Source: an uncultured Methanosarcinaceae archaeon (GTDB lineage: Archaea; Halobacteriota; Methanosarcinia; Methanosarcinales; Methanosarcinaceae). Taken from it: a stretch of DNA of 64,000 nt. The stretch lies in NCBI GenBank assembly GCA_963733675.1, contig CAVTET010000003.1, positions 544,001-608,000 on the forward strand, written 5' to 3'. Position 1 is the first letter of the stretch. Each line of letters opens with the position of its first letter. Under the pieces are notes generated by a model. The model searched no databases and was not told the DNA's origin. It worked only from the letters and a program-made list of their open reading frames with translations. A program made the translations under genes and the position numbers. Positions 44,430-57,711 of this stretch are shown here, in pieces.

Positions 44430-45587
44430 ATGTATTCTAATCGAATCAATGCATTACCACCATATCTTTTTTCAGTTATCGATGAATCAAAGGGCAAAAT
44501 GATTGCGGCAGGAGTGGACGTGATTGATCTTGGAGTGGGAGATCCGGACCTTCCGACACACCCACATATTGTCGACTCCCTACGAGAAGCGGTTTGTGAC
44601 CCAAAAACACATCACTATCCTTCTTATGCTGGAATGCCGGAATTCAGAATAGCTGCAGCTGAATGGTGTGAGAAATATAAGGGAATTGAGCTTGACCCTG
44701 CGAATGAAGTGTTGGCTCTAATTGGTTCAAAGGAAGCTATTGCCCACATCCCTATCGCATTTATCAATAGGGGTGATGTTGTGCTTTATACCGACCCAGG
44801 GTATCCGGTTTATAAAATTGGGGCTCTTTTTGCGGATGGAGAGCCATATCCTCTTCATCTAAAGGCCGAGAACAATTTCCTGCCTGACCTTGACTCGATT
44901 TCGGAGGAGGTCCTACAAAAAGCTAAACTGTTCTTTTTCAATTACCCTAATAACCCAACTACTGCAACAGCTGACATGGTATTCTTTGGCAAAGTTGCAA
45001 AGTTCTGCAAGAAGCATGACATCATTGCAGTACATGATAATGCCTACTCCCAGATTACATACGACGGATACAAAAGTCCCTCTTTTCTTTCAGCAAAAGG
45101 AGCAATGGACATCGGAATAGAACTTTATTCACACTCAAAGACCTATAATATGGCTGGTTGGAGATTAGGATTTGCGGTCGGAAACAAAGCTCTTATACAG
45201 GGACTTGGAAAGATTAAGTCCAACGTAGATTCAGGAGTATTTGATGCTATTCAGATTGCAGGCATTGCAGCTCTCAACTTTCCCCAGACCCATGTTGAAG
45301 AAACGAATAAAATTTATGAGGAAAGACGTAATGCTCTCATAGAAGGACTCACAGATATGGGCCTTAAAGTAAAGCTGCCAAAAGCTACTTTTTACATATG
45401 GGCTCCTGTCCCGAAGGGCTTTAGCTCAATCAGTTTTGCAAAACTCCTGCTCGAAGAAGCCGGAATCGTTGCAACTCCGGGTGTTGGCTTCGGAGAAGCT
45501 GGAGAAGGCTACATCAGGTTTGCTCTCACAAAGCCAGTTAAGAGAATTAAGGAAGCTGTAGAAAGGATGAAGAAACTGAGATTATAA
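44430..45587 (+). CDS. dapL: LL-diaminopimelate aminotransferase (class I PLP enzyme)
   Basis: LPPYLF, DLGVGDPD, IGSKEAI, NYPNNPT and SHSKTYNMAGWR; ATG follows GGTGA. Confidence 0.85.
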   Translation: MYSNRINALPPYLFSVIDESKGKMIAAGVDVIDLGVGDPDLPTHPHIVDSLREAVCDPKTHHYPSYAGMPEFRIAAAEWCEKYKGIELDPANEVLALIGSKEAIAHIPIAFINRGDVVLYTDPGYPVYKIGALFADGEPYPLHLKAENNFLPDLDSISEEVLQKAKLFFFNYPNNPTTATADMVFFGKVAKFCKKHDIIAVHDNAYSQITYDGYKSPSFLSAKGAMDIGIELYSHSKTYNMAGWRLGFAVGNKALIQGLGKIKSNVDSGVFDAIQIAGIAALNFPQTHVEETNKIYEERRNALIEGLTDMGLKVKLPKATFYIWAPVPKGFSSISFAKLLLEEAGIVATPGVGFGEAGEGYIRFALTKPVKRIKEAVERMKKLRL

Positions 45588-45754
45588 CGATCTCAAAAGG
45601 TATTTTAGTAGGATTTTGCATGAAATAATTCAGGTGTGTATAATCTGGCCAACATTCTGCAGACGCATGAGCATGTGTAATTTATTAGCTTGTTTGGCTA
45701 TTATTATTCATGTAAGTTAGATGAGTTTTTAAGGTGCTCCATATTACGAAAGAT

Positions 45755-45903
45755 GGTTCTGTTGCAAAAATAATATTTCCGCATTTTGAGACTATAATTC
45801 TTGCCTTTGTATATCATTTTCTTTCGATGAAAACGATTAACTTTCCTAATTGTGAAGGTTTTCACTGATTTTGTAACAAAGCTAGATTTTTTGCACCACA
45901 ACC
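45755..45903. mobile_element. 149-bp IS6-type MITE (copy 2, inverted)
   Basis: Reverse complement of 39191-39339 with a few substitutions. Confidence 0.88.
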
Positions 45904-46263
45904 TTTTATGTTACTCATATAATCTATCAAATTTGATATTAAAAATTCGATCAAAATTTGAAAAAAATGACCCTCAAGAAGCAGAGAATTATCTGACAAA
46001 TAGAATCATAAAAATTGTTCAAAACTTTGTTGGCATAATGTTACTTTCTATTCCTAGTAAATATAAAAATTTCCTATAAGCATGGAAATAAAACTATCAA
46101 ATCAAAGTTATAATTAAAGAATACTTCAAAACCACGTCAGGGGTGCAATAAGAGTTAAAGAAGAAGTCAAAATTATTGTAAAAGAAAAGCAAGTACTTAT
46201 AAGTAAGCAAAAAATATCCTACTCCCTTTTAGTCTTTAATCTAAATTTCAGGCATCATTCAGC

Positions 46264-47607
46264 CTAATTTTCCCTTTTACCTTTGATATGTTCAAGAATC
46301 CGATGCTTTTTACTGATAGCCTCTTCAGCTGCCATTTCGATTGATGCCCTCATATCCTCAAAATCTCTAGGATTTTCTTCACCATGTACCTTTTTTACAG
46401 GGGTATAGGCTGATTCTCGGAATCTTGGCGAAAAATCCCTGATTTCCCCATTCATGAGAATCTCTGCTCCGCTTCCTTCTTCTACACGACCTATAATGTC
46501 AATTTTGACATTTGCAGCCCTAACAGTTTCTAAAATATCTCTAGTGTGTTTTGATGGTGCGATGATTAACAGCGCATCGATCGATATTCCAAGGTAGTCG
46601 ATCTCCAAGAACTCCAGCATAGAAAGCACCTTTGGATTTACAAGGGCTCTCATCTTTTCTTCTTCAAAGATCATTTTTACATCTGCGGTCTTTGAGATTT
46701 CTCTGGCATCACCCCGAATTCCGCCATTAGTTACGTCAGTCATAGAATGGATCTTCCTATAAAGTCCTGATTTCAGTAGAGCTTCGCAGGCTTCCAGGAA
46801 ATGGATGTTGATAGTCTCTTCCACGACATCATGCATCCCGTAATAAAGCGCAGTTGTAGAAACTGTACCACCACCAGCTCCTTCGGTCATAAGTATAATG
46901 TCTCCTACCCGTGTTTTATTTCGAGAGGTCAGATAGGAAGTTATACCTACAGCACCAACGCCGCCTGTCATTCGTTCGCCTATGACCATGTCCCCACCAA
47001 TTCGAAGTGTGCTCCCAGTTATGAGGGGTATTCCGGTTAGTTCAGAAACCGTAGTTATTCCTGCAATATGATCAAAGATCTTTGCAACATCTCCATCGTC
47101 TGCGATATGAATATCTGAAAGCATCGCCAGAGGACGGGCTCCCATAGAATATACATCACGTAAAGCTGCTCTAGCTACATGAAAGCCTGAAAGAAAAGGA
47201 AACTCACTTAGGCGAGAATGAATGCCGTCAATTGTAACAACGAGGTAATCGTCACCGAATTTAACAACACCTGAGTCATCAAGCTGAGAACTGTCTACAA
47301 ATGCACCTGTTTGGCCTATAACTTCTCCGAGCTTGGAGTGAACGTAGAAATCCCCAGTACCTCTGGACCCTACCCCGAATTCTCCCATGGAAACCCCTGA
47401 TAAGGTAGGACTTAACACATCGCCTTCTACATTTAGTGTTGCTTTTGCCTCATTAATAACCGCAGCCACAATTTCATGAGCTCGTTCGGAGCTTATGTCC
47501 TTAATTTCAAGAATCCTCGAAGCCAGTTGTTCCTTAAGTCCTACTTCATTTGAAGGGTCCTTCCTGAGAGCCCGTTTTGCATAGCCTTCTATATCCATAT
47601 TGACCAT
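46264..47607 (-). CDS. AIR synthase/HypE-related protein
   Basis: GVGSRGTGDF, DGIHSRLS and MTDVTNGG; PurM-superfamily fold. Confidence 0.8.
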   Translation of the reverse strand: MVNMDIEGYAKRALRKDPSNEVGLKEQLASRILEIKDISSERAHEIVAAVINEAKATLNVEGDVLSPTLSGVSMGEFGVGSRGTGDFYVHSKLGEVIGQTGAFVDSSQLDDSGVVKFGDDYLVVTIDGIHSRLSEFPFLSGFHVARAALRDVYSMGARPLAMLSDIHIADDGDVAKIFDHIAGITTVSELTGIPLITGSTLRIGGDMVIGERMTGGVGAVGITSYLTSRNKTRVGDIILMTEGAGGGTVSTTALYYGMHDVVEETINIHFLEACEALLKSGLYRKIHSMTDVTNGGIRGDAREISKTADVKMIFEEEKMRALVNPKVLSMLEFLEIDYLGISIDALLIIAPSKHTRDILETVRAANVKIDIIGRVEEGSGAEILMNGEIRDFSPRFRESAYTPVKKVHGEENPRDFEDMRASIEMAAEEAISKKHRILEHIKGKREN

Positions 47608-47784
47608 CTCTCGCAGATTTATACTACCCTAAAGTTCAGGGAAGGGATAGTACGCAAACATTATAATATGGTGAACTAGATGTTTTAATCTAAAGCACTT
47701 AAAAATCATAACTTAGTTGCTGGACAAAAAATAAAAAGTAATGTTCAAGCTTCATTACAAGAGCAAATTTTCCCAAAGATCTGT

Positions 47785-48393
47785 TCAGCACATTTCTACA
47801 AAATTTTTTAGTATCTTCAATCCAGTCGCTCCACTTTTCTCAGGATGGAATTGGGTTCCCATAACATTGCCTTTCGAGTTCACGACAGAAGCTGAAAACT
47901 CCAGCCCATAGTTACACGATGCAAGGGTATTCTCCGACGCTGTATCCACGTAGTACGAGTGTACAAAATAGACGAAAGAATTTTCAGAAATGCCTTCAAA
48001 CAAAGGGTGATCCTGTTTGATTCCAATATTGTTCCATCCAATATGAGGTACTTTTAATTCTGATTTTGGAAAACGTAGAACCTTGCCAGAAATGATATTA
48101 AGTCCATCTGTCAGCTTTCCTTCTTCAGATGAGCTCATCAGAACTTGCTGCCCAAGGCAAATACCAAGCATCGGTTTTCCTGAATGCACATAATCTTTTA
48201 TGATTCCTCCAATTGGAGCAAGGTACCTCATTGCATCCACAAAAGCGCCGACACCCGGAAGAATTACACCGTCTGCGCCAAGAACTTCCTCAGGGTCCGC
48301 GGAGATGATGGAACTGGCCCCTACATGTTCGAGCCCCTTTTGAACACTCCGAAGGTTCCCAAGCCCATAATCTAGAATCACCATTCTTTTCAT
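47785..48393 (-). CDS. hisH: Imidazole glycerol phosphate synthase subunit HisH
   Basis: DYGLGNL.SV, LPGVGAF, GICLGQQ, VPHIGWN, YFVHSY and QFHPEKS motifs. Confidence 0.96.
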   Translation of the reverse strand: MKRMVILDYGLGNLRSVQKGLEHVGASSIISADPEEVLGADGVILPGVGAFVDAMRYLAPIGGIIKDYVHSGKPMLGICLGQQVLMSSSEEGKLTDGLNIISGKVLRFPKSELKVPHIGWNNIGIKQDHPLFEGISENSFVYFVHSYYVDTASENTLASCNYGLEFSASVVNSKGNVMGTQFHPEKSGATGLKILKNFVEMC

Positions 48394-48813
48394 AGCTCTA
48401 ACAAATAAGTTAAAATAGATTAAGTTTACGACAAAGAAGCAGGAAAAAGTTATCAAAAGAGACAAGCATGAATTGAAAAATTAAAAGATTTTTAAATCTT
48501 CTGAGATCAATATCTGCAATAGAGAATCTGTGATATTTATTTTTCCTTTCAAAAATAATCTTTTACTACAGTCGAATACCCTGCAGATAGCTGCGGGATG
48601 GAAACGTCTTCGAAAACCGCTATTAACTAACTGATGTATATGAACCTATTGTTGGTTCTTAATACAGTACTTCACTAAACAGTAACCTTTGATTCCAAAG
48701 GCATATCTGCTTATTTCATCCTTATTAAACGGTAATTGACAACATAGATATATTTTTTATCAGCAAATTATAGGGGTTTATCGAAATTCTCTGAAACTTG
48801 TAATTACAACTAA

Positions 48814-49686
48814 GAGCCTATCCGAAAAATAATATACTTTCAATTTAAGATCATTTGTGGTAATGACAAAACTGAAAATTGTTCAGGACTACGAACTTTC
48901 TGAAGATTATTGGAATAAAAATAGAACCTTTACTACCTGTACCTAAGCCAAAAAAGAAGTCTGAAAGACCTAGAAAGGGTTATAGGAAAATAATGAGTGG
49001 CATTTTCTATCTTCTCTTTACTGGTTGCCAATGGAAAACATTGCCACGATTTTATGGAGCTCCAAGCACTGTATATGATCGATTTCAGGAATGGCAAATA
49101 TCAGGCTTATTTGAGAACATATAGCTGGCTGGTCTTGTTGAGTATGATTTCGAAAAAGGATTAGAATGGGGATGACAATCAATTGATGGTGCTATGACAA
49201 AAGCACCATTAGGTGGAGCTGGAACAGGAACCAATCCTACTGATCGTGGCAAAAAAGGTACAAAAAGGAGTGTTTTAACTGATGGTAAAGGCATACCACT
49301 TTCTGTTTTCGTGGTTGGAGCCAATCGTCACGATAAAAAGCTTGTAAAAAGGACTTTAGACGCCATATTCTTTGAAAGACCTTCTCCAGAAGACATAATT
49401 CAGAATATATGCATGGATAAGGGTTATGATTTCACAGATATCAGAAAATTGGTTGAAGAATATGGTTATACTGCATATCAAAAGTCGTGGAGAAGAAAAC
49501 ATAAGAAGAGGCATACCTGGTTTTAGGGCAAGAAGATGGGTTGTAGAAAGGACACATTTTTGGCTGAATAGATTCAGAAGACTCCTTATAAGATGGGAAA
49601 AGAAAATTGAAAATTACCAATTACTATCCTACATTTAGCGTGCGCATTGATAACATTCAGATCTGCAGGACTTTTCGGATAGCCTC
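48814..49686 (+). mobile_element. IS5-family element (IS1031/IS427-like), inactivated
   Basis: TIRs GAGCCTATCCGAAAA / TTTTCGGATAGCCTC with flanking TAA repeats; TGCQW, DKGYD and RWVVERT motifs; stops and frameshifts. Confidence 0.92.
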
Positions 49687-49699
49687 TAAATCAAACAAA

Positions 49700-50200
49700 A
49701 GAATTAAGGAAATTTATGAAAAGCACAAGAAGGGAAATTGAGACATATTTAATGTATTTGGATATAATTTGAGGACGAAGGACCAACTTTCTATATTGTG
49801 GCAATATTTGGTCAGGACAAAGAATACATCTATTTGCAACAAAAAAAGTGGATCATAATAGACAAACTTGCCAAGCAAATATCTTATGAATACAGAAAAC
49901 GATGGAATATAGAAATTGGATATAGAGCAAAAGAGATTTAAGATACGAACATTTTCAAACCACCCATTACAAGGGCGCTATTTTTTGTAATACAATAAAT
50001 AATTGATAACATTTTTAATTTGTTAAAGTCAGTTATTAATATCATCGCTTATCAAATGAAATCAGGAATCAGCCCGTAGATTATTAAACTATTAACTAGA
50101 AGATATTGGGAGCAATATACGATATTCCACTAAAATTACTCATTAATTTAGTAATGAAATTTAGTAGAGAAAGAAATATAGTGTTTTGCTCTCGATTAAC
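49700..50200 (+). pseudogene. ISH3-type transposase C-terminal relic
   Basis: YRKRWNIEIGYR...FKIRTFSNHPITRALFFV. Confidence 0.6.
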
Positions 50201-50700
50201 TAGGTGTATTGACTCGAAGATATACTAAAAAGGGATAAATAGCCGTTTAGTAGAGACTCTGTATAATTTATACTTTAGAACTTTTAGATATTGAATTTTA
50301 TATAGCCGATTACAAAAAATAGAATGAAGATGTATGAATGAAGTTTTTTCTTGTGAATTATTGAGGAAAAATTGTAATCGAATAAAAATAGTCATTCGAA
50401 AACACAGCAAAGTGGAACTATTGTTTACACAAAATTATAATATAGTATTGTATCCTATACAGGGCGGGTTCTCAGCTTAAAAATGTCATGTAACCAAAAG
50501 GCCTAAGCGAATCGTTCTTTACATAGGAATCGTTTTATCGAGTAATAGACCAAGGGCATAATAGATGTTCTGACTTGAAATTAAATATTAACTCAGGCAA
50601 TCGTTAAAAACAATTCAAACCAAAGTTATCAATGTTAGCATTATAAGGATAAAGAACGACGTAATAAATAACCTAGCTAATGTTAAAACGTGATTTGATT

Positions 50701-52101
50701 ATGAAAATTGTAATGAAATTTGGAGGAACTTCCGTTGGGAACGGAAAAAGGATAAGCCAGGTTGCACAAATTCTGAAAAAGTACCACGATGAAGGCAATC
50801 AAATCGTGGTAGTAACCTCGGCATTGAGTGGGGTAACAGACAAGCTTTTGGATAATGCATTTTTTGCCTCAACAAAAGGCGAAGTGAGCCTTATTAAAAA
50901 GTTTAAAACAGAACTTACAAAAAAACATCATGAAGCTGTAAAGGATGCAATTGATGAACCCAAAGTTGCAAAAGAAGTACTCCAAATTCTCGATCACCGC
51001 ATTGAAGAGCTCGAAAAAGCTCTAATTGGAATTTGTTATCTTGGTGAGCTTACTCCCAGGTCTATTGACTATATCTCCTCTTACGGAGAACGCTTAGCTG
51101 CTCCAATTGTCTCAGGAGCCATTCGATCTCTTGGAATAGCATCAACCGATTACACAGGTGGAGAAATAGGAATAATAACCTCATCAGATTATGGAAATGC
51201 CAGGCCTCTTGAAAAAACTTACGAACTTGTAAAAAATAGACTTGAGTGCATACTTGGTTCACAGGTTATCGTAATCACAGGTTTTATCGGAGAAAATGAA
51301 AACGGAATTGTTACTACCCTGGGAAGGAGTGGGTCTGACTTTACAGCTTCCATTCTGGGTGCTTCCCTAAAAGCCGACGAAATTTGGCTCTGGAAAGAAG
51401 TAAACGGGATCATGACTACTGACCCGAGAATCATACCTGAAGCAAAAACAATCCCACAAATTTCTTATTCTGAAGCCATGGAGCTTTCTTACTTCGGAGC
51501 TAACGTGCTGCATCCGCGCACAATTGAGCCTGCAATGAGAGAACACATTCCTGTACGTGTTAAAAATACTTTTGACCCAGAGTTTCCTGGAACCCTCGTT
51601 GTTGCGGAGAAGTTCCAGTGCGAGCACGTTGTAAAAGCCATAAGCCTGATCAAAGATGTAACCCTAATTAACATCTCAGGCGCAGAGATGGCAGGGGCAA
51701 TTGGAACTGTAGCAAGGCTTTTTACGGCGCTTGCGAACGCCGGAGTGAATGTTGTTATGATCAGCCAGGGTTCTTCCGAGTCCAATATTTCTTTTGTGGT
51801 TAGCGAAGCGCATGCTGAAGCTGCATTAAAAGCTCTTCATTCCGAATTCAACCGCGAAATAGTAAAAGAGATCAACTCAGATGAAAATGTCTGTGTAGTT
51901 GCAGTTGTCGGTGCAGGAATGGCAGGAACACCGGGTGTTGCAAAACGAGTTTTTGGAGCTCTTGGGAATTCAATGATAAATATTATCATGATCAGTCAGG
52001 GCTCTTCTCAATACAATATCTCTTTCGTGGTTCGAGAAGAAGATGCATTTGCTGCAGTCAGGATCCTGCATGACGAATTCAAACTATATAACGAAAATTG
52101 A
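50701..52101 (+). CDS. lysC: Aspartate kinase
   Basis: MKFGGTSV, TTLGRSGSD, DPR and two ACT domains. Confidence 0.95.
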   Translation: MKIVMKFGGTSVGNGKRISQVAQILKKYHDEGNQIVVVTSALSGVTDKLLDNAFFASTKGEVSLIKKFKTELTKKHHEAVKDAIDEPKVAKEVLQILDHRIEELEKALIGICYLGELTPRSIDYISSYGERLAAPIVSGAIRSLGIASTDYTGGEIGIITSSDYGNARPLEKTYELVKNRLECILGSQVIVITGFIGENENGIVTTLGRSGSDFTASILGASLKADEIWLWKEVNGIMTTDPRIIPEAKTIPQISYSEAMELSYFGANVLHPRTIEPAMREHIPVRVKNTFDPEFPGTLVVAEKFQCEHVVKAISLIKDVTLINISGAEMAGAIGTVARLFTALANAGVNVVMISQGSSESNISFVVSEAHAEAALKALHSEFNREIVKEINSDENVCVVAVVGAGMAGTPGVAKRVFGALGNSMINIIMISQGSSQYNISFVVREEDAFAAVRILHDEFKLYNEN

Positions 52102-52134
52102 AAAAAACTATGAAAAAAACATGAAGGGCAGATA

Positions 52135-53133
52135 ATGAGCTGGAAGCATTTGACATACGCTGATTCAGGCGTAGATATTGCAAAAGAAGAAAAAACAATC
52201 AAAAAAATAATCGAAAAACTCAGCTATGTTCGAAAAGGCATCGGAGCTCCACTCAGAGGGATAGGTCACTATGCAGGACTCCTGGATTTCGGGGAATATG
52301 CCCTTGCCTTGACAATGGATGGAGTGGGTTCAAAAGTACTTATCGCAAACGAGATGCATAGATGGAATACTGTTGGAATAGACTGTATTGCGATGAATGT
52401 TAATGACCTACTTGCCATAGGAGCTGAACCTGTAGCCTTTTTGGACTACCTTGCCTTGGAAAAGCATGACGAAGGATTCGCCGCACAGATAGGAGAAGGA
52501 CTGCTGAAAGGAGCTGAAATCTCCAGAATGTCTATTGTAGGTGGGGAAACTGCGACAATGCCTGATATAATCAAAGGCTTTGATCTTGCAGGTACATGTC
52601 TTGGAATTGTCAAAAAAGATAAGATTATTGAAGGGGAAAAAGTCAGGATGGGAGATGTGGTTGTCGGGATTCCCAGCATAGGTGTTCATAGCAACGGTTA
52701 CACCCTTGTAAGGAAGATCATTGAAGAAGCTGGATATTCTTATTATGATTCCTGTCCCTATAACAGTTCAAAGACTATAGGAGACGAACTCCTAACCCCT
52801 ACAAGAATTTATATTGAGATTCTTGATGTACTTAAGGTATGTGAAGTTCACGGGCTTGCCCACATAACAGGTAGCGGGCTTTTGAAGCTGAGGAGAGTAA
52901 CAAAACTGGGCTTTGACTTTTACGACCCTCTTGAGCCTCAGGAAATTTTTAAATTCCTGCAAGAAGAAGGGAGAGTAGAAGATCTTGAAATGTACAGAAC
53001 TTTCAACATGGGTATGGGCTTTCTTGTTATCCTGCCGGAAGAATATGCAGCAAAAGCTTCAGAAATTACCGGTGGAAAGATAGTCGGGAAAATCGTAGAA
53101 AGCGGGATCAAAATAAAAGACATGGTAATATAG
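52135..53133 (+). CDS. purM: Phosphoribosylformylglycinamidine cyclo-ligase
   Basis: YADSGVDI, DGVGSK, GGETA, HSNGY, HITG and TFNMGMG motifs. Confidence 0.95.
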   Translation: MSWKHLTYADSGVDIAKEEKTIKKIIEKLSYVRKGIGAPLRGIGHYAGLLDFGEYALALTMDGVGSKVLIANEMHRWNTVGIDCIAMNVNDLLAIGAEPVAFLDYLALEKHDEGFAAQIGEGLLKGAEISRMSIVGGETATMPDIIKGFDLAGTCLGIVKKDKIIEGEKVRMGDVVVGIPSIGVHSNGYTLVRKIIEEAGYSYYDSCPYNSSKTIGDELLTPTRIYIEILDVLKVCEVHGLAHITGSGLLKLRRVTKLGFDFYDPLEPQEIFKFLQEEGRVEDLEMYRTFNMGMGFLVILPEEYAAKASEITGGKIVGKIVESGIKIKDMVI

Positions 53134-53253
53134 ATTCAAAGAGTGTAAAACTCAATTTCGAAAATCAACTTGCAAGAAAGTGAGAATCAATACTTTGTGA
53201 CATTATGTTGGAATCCTCTTCTGAGATCTTGATTATGACCGGCCGTTTGAAGT

Positions 53254-53628
53254 TCACTTTTTCCAAATATCTTGGAAGCTGGTTTGAGGCTTCTTGGAGT
53301 TTTCAAGAGAGCTAGCATTCTTCAATGAGGTCGATGTATTCTTCTTTCCTACCTCTCTAAGCCTATAGATTTCCTTTCTGCTATCCTCACTATCTATAGA
53401 AAGGACAAAAGTTCCATAGCAGGGTTTTGTATAAGTGAAGATCAGAGAATTGCCCTTTATCCCTAAAGCAATTGGTGGTATTCCTATTACGTAGTAGTCA
53501 TTGAAAATCTTGTACCCAGGAGGTACATAGTAAACCTCATCAGAGTTTTTCTCAATGAACTCTCTTGACTCTTTAAAAGTCTTTTTTTCCATGAGAATCT
53601 CGTACTTCATCTTTTCAATGCAGCTCAT
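53254..53628 (-). CDS. DUF1894-like methanogen protein
   Basis: IGIPPI...YTKPCYGTF motif; overlaps the upstream gene. Confidence 0.7.
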   Translation of the reverse strand: MSCIEKMKYEILMEKKTFKESREFIEKNSDEVYYVPPGYKIFNDYYVIGIPPIALGIKGNSLIFTYTKPCYGTFVLSIDSEDSRKEIYRLREVGKKNTSTSLKNASSLENSKKPQTSFQDIWKK

Positions 53629-54083
53629 TTGACTATATCCTCCATCACTTTATCTAGCTTATTTTTGAGACGAGAGGGATTATGAACATCATTCACGACG
53701 ATCTTTTCACAATTGAATTCAATTGTTTTGGACAGAGTTTCGGAGTTCCTGCCAAAAACTATGGAGTATATCTTAGCCTGAGAAATGGCACTCATGGTAG
53801 AAGCATATGTCATTCCAGCATCATTATGCATAAAAGCAAAGCATATGTCGAAATATATTCTTTTCTCAATAATATCCTCTAGAATTTTATCTAAATTCAC
53901 CAAGTTTTTTACATAATAGCCATCGGAATCAGATACCTTCAAAAGCTTGGTTGCGGCATCTGTCCCAGCGACTGTTACAGTGAATCCTAAGTTGGTCAGT
54001 TTATGAGAAAGATACAAGGCAATGCTAGTTTGAATTGGAATCTCGGGACATCCCATCATGAAGAGCACTTTTCCGCCGGGCAT
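53625..54083 (-). CDS. DUF1890-like methanogen protein
   Basis: MGCPEIPIQ, HNDAG and HNP motifs. Confidence 0.75.
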   Translation of the reverse strand: MPGGKVLFMMGCPEIPIQTSIALYLSHKLTNLGFTVTVAGTDAATKLLKVSDSDGYYVKNLVNLDKILEDIIEKRIYFDICFAFMHNDAGMTYASTMSAISQAKIYSIVFGRNSETLSKTIEFNCEKIVVNDVHNPSRLKNKLDKVMEDIVK

Positions 54084-54503
54084 AGCATTTTCATCTCTTG
54101 GTTGTTTTATCTATGAGATTTAGATATGTGTTAATCCTGAATTTCAACCTTTGCAATTGATATGGCGGCTAAAATCTTTTAAAAAAAGACAATTTTTTAA
54201 TTCAACCAAGTTCCCTGTAAAATCCATGTTTCATCCCTTTAGGAATGATTTTAACGTTAATAAAAGCTCTTAAAGGACAAAAGGGAGACTTTTTATTCTT
54301 GCCGATAATTAGGATTGATTGCAGTTAATTGCTAGTAGAAATGATAAGTATTGATGATTCAGATATACTAAAAAGTCTCCTAAAGAAAAGCTTTGTAGAG
54401 ATCCTTAATTAAATCTAAATTATTTCTACGCTTTTTTATCAAAATATCTCTATAATTTGGTTTATGCTGCTCTGTAAAGTCATCAGTTGACAAGATAATA
54501 TTC

Positions 54504-54712
54504 AATAAATAAATAGATAAATAAATAGATAAATAAATAGATAAATAAATAAATAAATAAATAAATAGATAGATAAATAAATAGATAAATAAATAGATAA
54601 ATAGATAAATAAATAGATAAATAAATAAATAAATAAATAAATAACTAAATAAATAACTAAATAAATAAATAAATAACTAAATAAATAAATAACTAAATAA
54701 ATAAATAACTAA
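54504..54712. repeat. Compound tetranucleotide microsatellite (AAAT with AGAT/AACT variants)
   Basis: Directly visible, about 210 bp. Confidence 0.95.
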
Positions 54713-55291
54713 TATCAGCATTAAAAATCTAATTTTCTATGGTGCAATCAGCTGCAAATATCTGAGTACGTGCGAACCACCAAAATTTGATATATTAAAA
54801 TAATATCTTTTATTTCTGAGGGACATGTAAACAAAGTAATAAATAATTCATTATCGTAAAACCGATCTTTGAAAGCGATATTATTCTCTTGACGAGGTTA
54901 TTGCTTGAAAGTTGAATAATCACTCTTTTTTCCCTCTCGTTTTTTCTACTTATTGTGTATTTTGTGGCACTAAGCTGAATGTGAATTTGATCCATTGGTC
55001 ATTGGTTGAAGAATTATCTTTGTTATTTGCTGGCGATTTTGAAGCAAAAATAATCCTAAATTTAGCACCAAAGCTAAAATCTATACCTTTTTCCAATATC
55101 AAGCCAACGAATATTTTGGAAGACATTTGTTGGAATAGAGCAATTTATCATGATTCCCCAATTAACCGAAGATGCATGAATTTTCATTATAGCTATTCAA
55201 TTTTCACAAAGAATATCCTATCCAAAGGAAAACAAGTCGCTCAAAAGTAAAGAGGTACGATGCAAGCATAAAAGGAACTACTAAAGATCCT

Positions 55292-56708
<1,417 letters not shown>

Positions 56709-56930
56709 ATTCAACACTCACGAATCTTAAGAAGATTTTGAGAAACCCAAATTTATGGTTGATTTATATAAGCGAATAAAAAATTTGTTGAAATTGAAAG
56801 ATTATCGAAATTGTTTACTATTATTCCGATATTCATGTATCCTACCAGTTATATCTCACTCGCTATCTGTGCGTTTTAAGCTACAATGTAAAAATAACGT
56901 TATTATTTATTTTAAATTTATTATACCAAA

Positions 56931-57084
56931 AATAGTTTCGGAATAAAACTTATTTTCCCATAAAATGTTTCAAAATTAAACAATAATAAAATATTAATCA
57001 TTTTTTGAATAGTTTCAGAATAAATTCACTTCCCCATAAAATGTTGTAAAACCAAAACATAATTTTATATTAATTATTTTTTAT
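56931..57084. repeat. Two tandem ~77-bp imperfect repeats
   Basis: AATAGTTTC.GAATAAA...CCCATAAAATGTT at 56931 and 57008. Confidence 0.7.
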
Positions 57085-57711
57085 TATTTTTAGAGATCTC
57101 CACAAGCTTAAAAGAACTTCAATTAAACCTCAAATTTCCATAAATTGCTTATTTAGGTATTATAAACAAACACCTACAGTTGAGGTTTATCGAAATTCTA
57201 GTAACATTGACACTTTTCCTAAAAAAAGTAATGCAGATTAATCCTAGAGACAGCATTTATAATTTTCTGCAAAATCTGCTATATACACTTAAATCTTTTT
57301 TTGATTCGGTTCCATTACGATTATAATTGTTTCCTGTTATCAAGTATTCAGTTGTATCAATGAGCATTGAGGCTGCTAGTTTCAATACTAATTCCTGAGT
57401 AAGGAATGACCCATCACTCTACTTCTTCTTTGAGTTCCTCGTTAATCCTTTCGTTATATTTGTTTTTCTTATTTTTTCCAGTGATTTCCTGAAAACATAG
57501 GAAATTTTCATGATATAAATACGCGAAAAGAAGCAAAACTAAAGCCACAGAAGTATGAAAAGCATATCTTTACTATGTAGTTAGTGCAAAAGCAATTATT
57601 ATTGAAGAAATTACACTGAATGAAACAGAGTAGCAGGGAATCTTCAAGTTTTCTAAATCTGCATTAGTGTTAATCATATAAACGATTGTTCTGCAGAATA
57701 AAACATTTAGC

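Noticed and set aside
39191-45903. Past inversion between the two IS6 MITEs
   Set aside because: Swapping the inner flanks does not restore 8-bp TSDs, so there is no direct evidence
54912-55250. 112-aa ORF upstream of the atpD relic
   Set aside because: TTG start, no RBS and no motifs; cannot be supported
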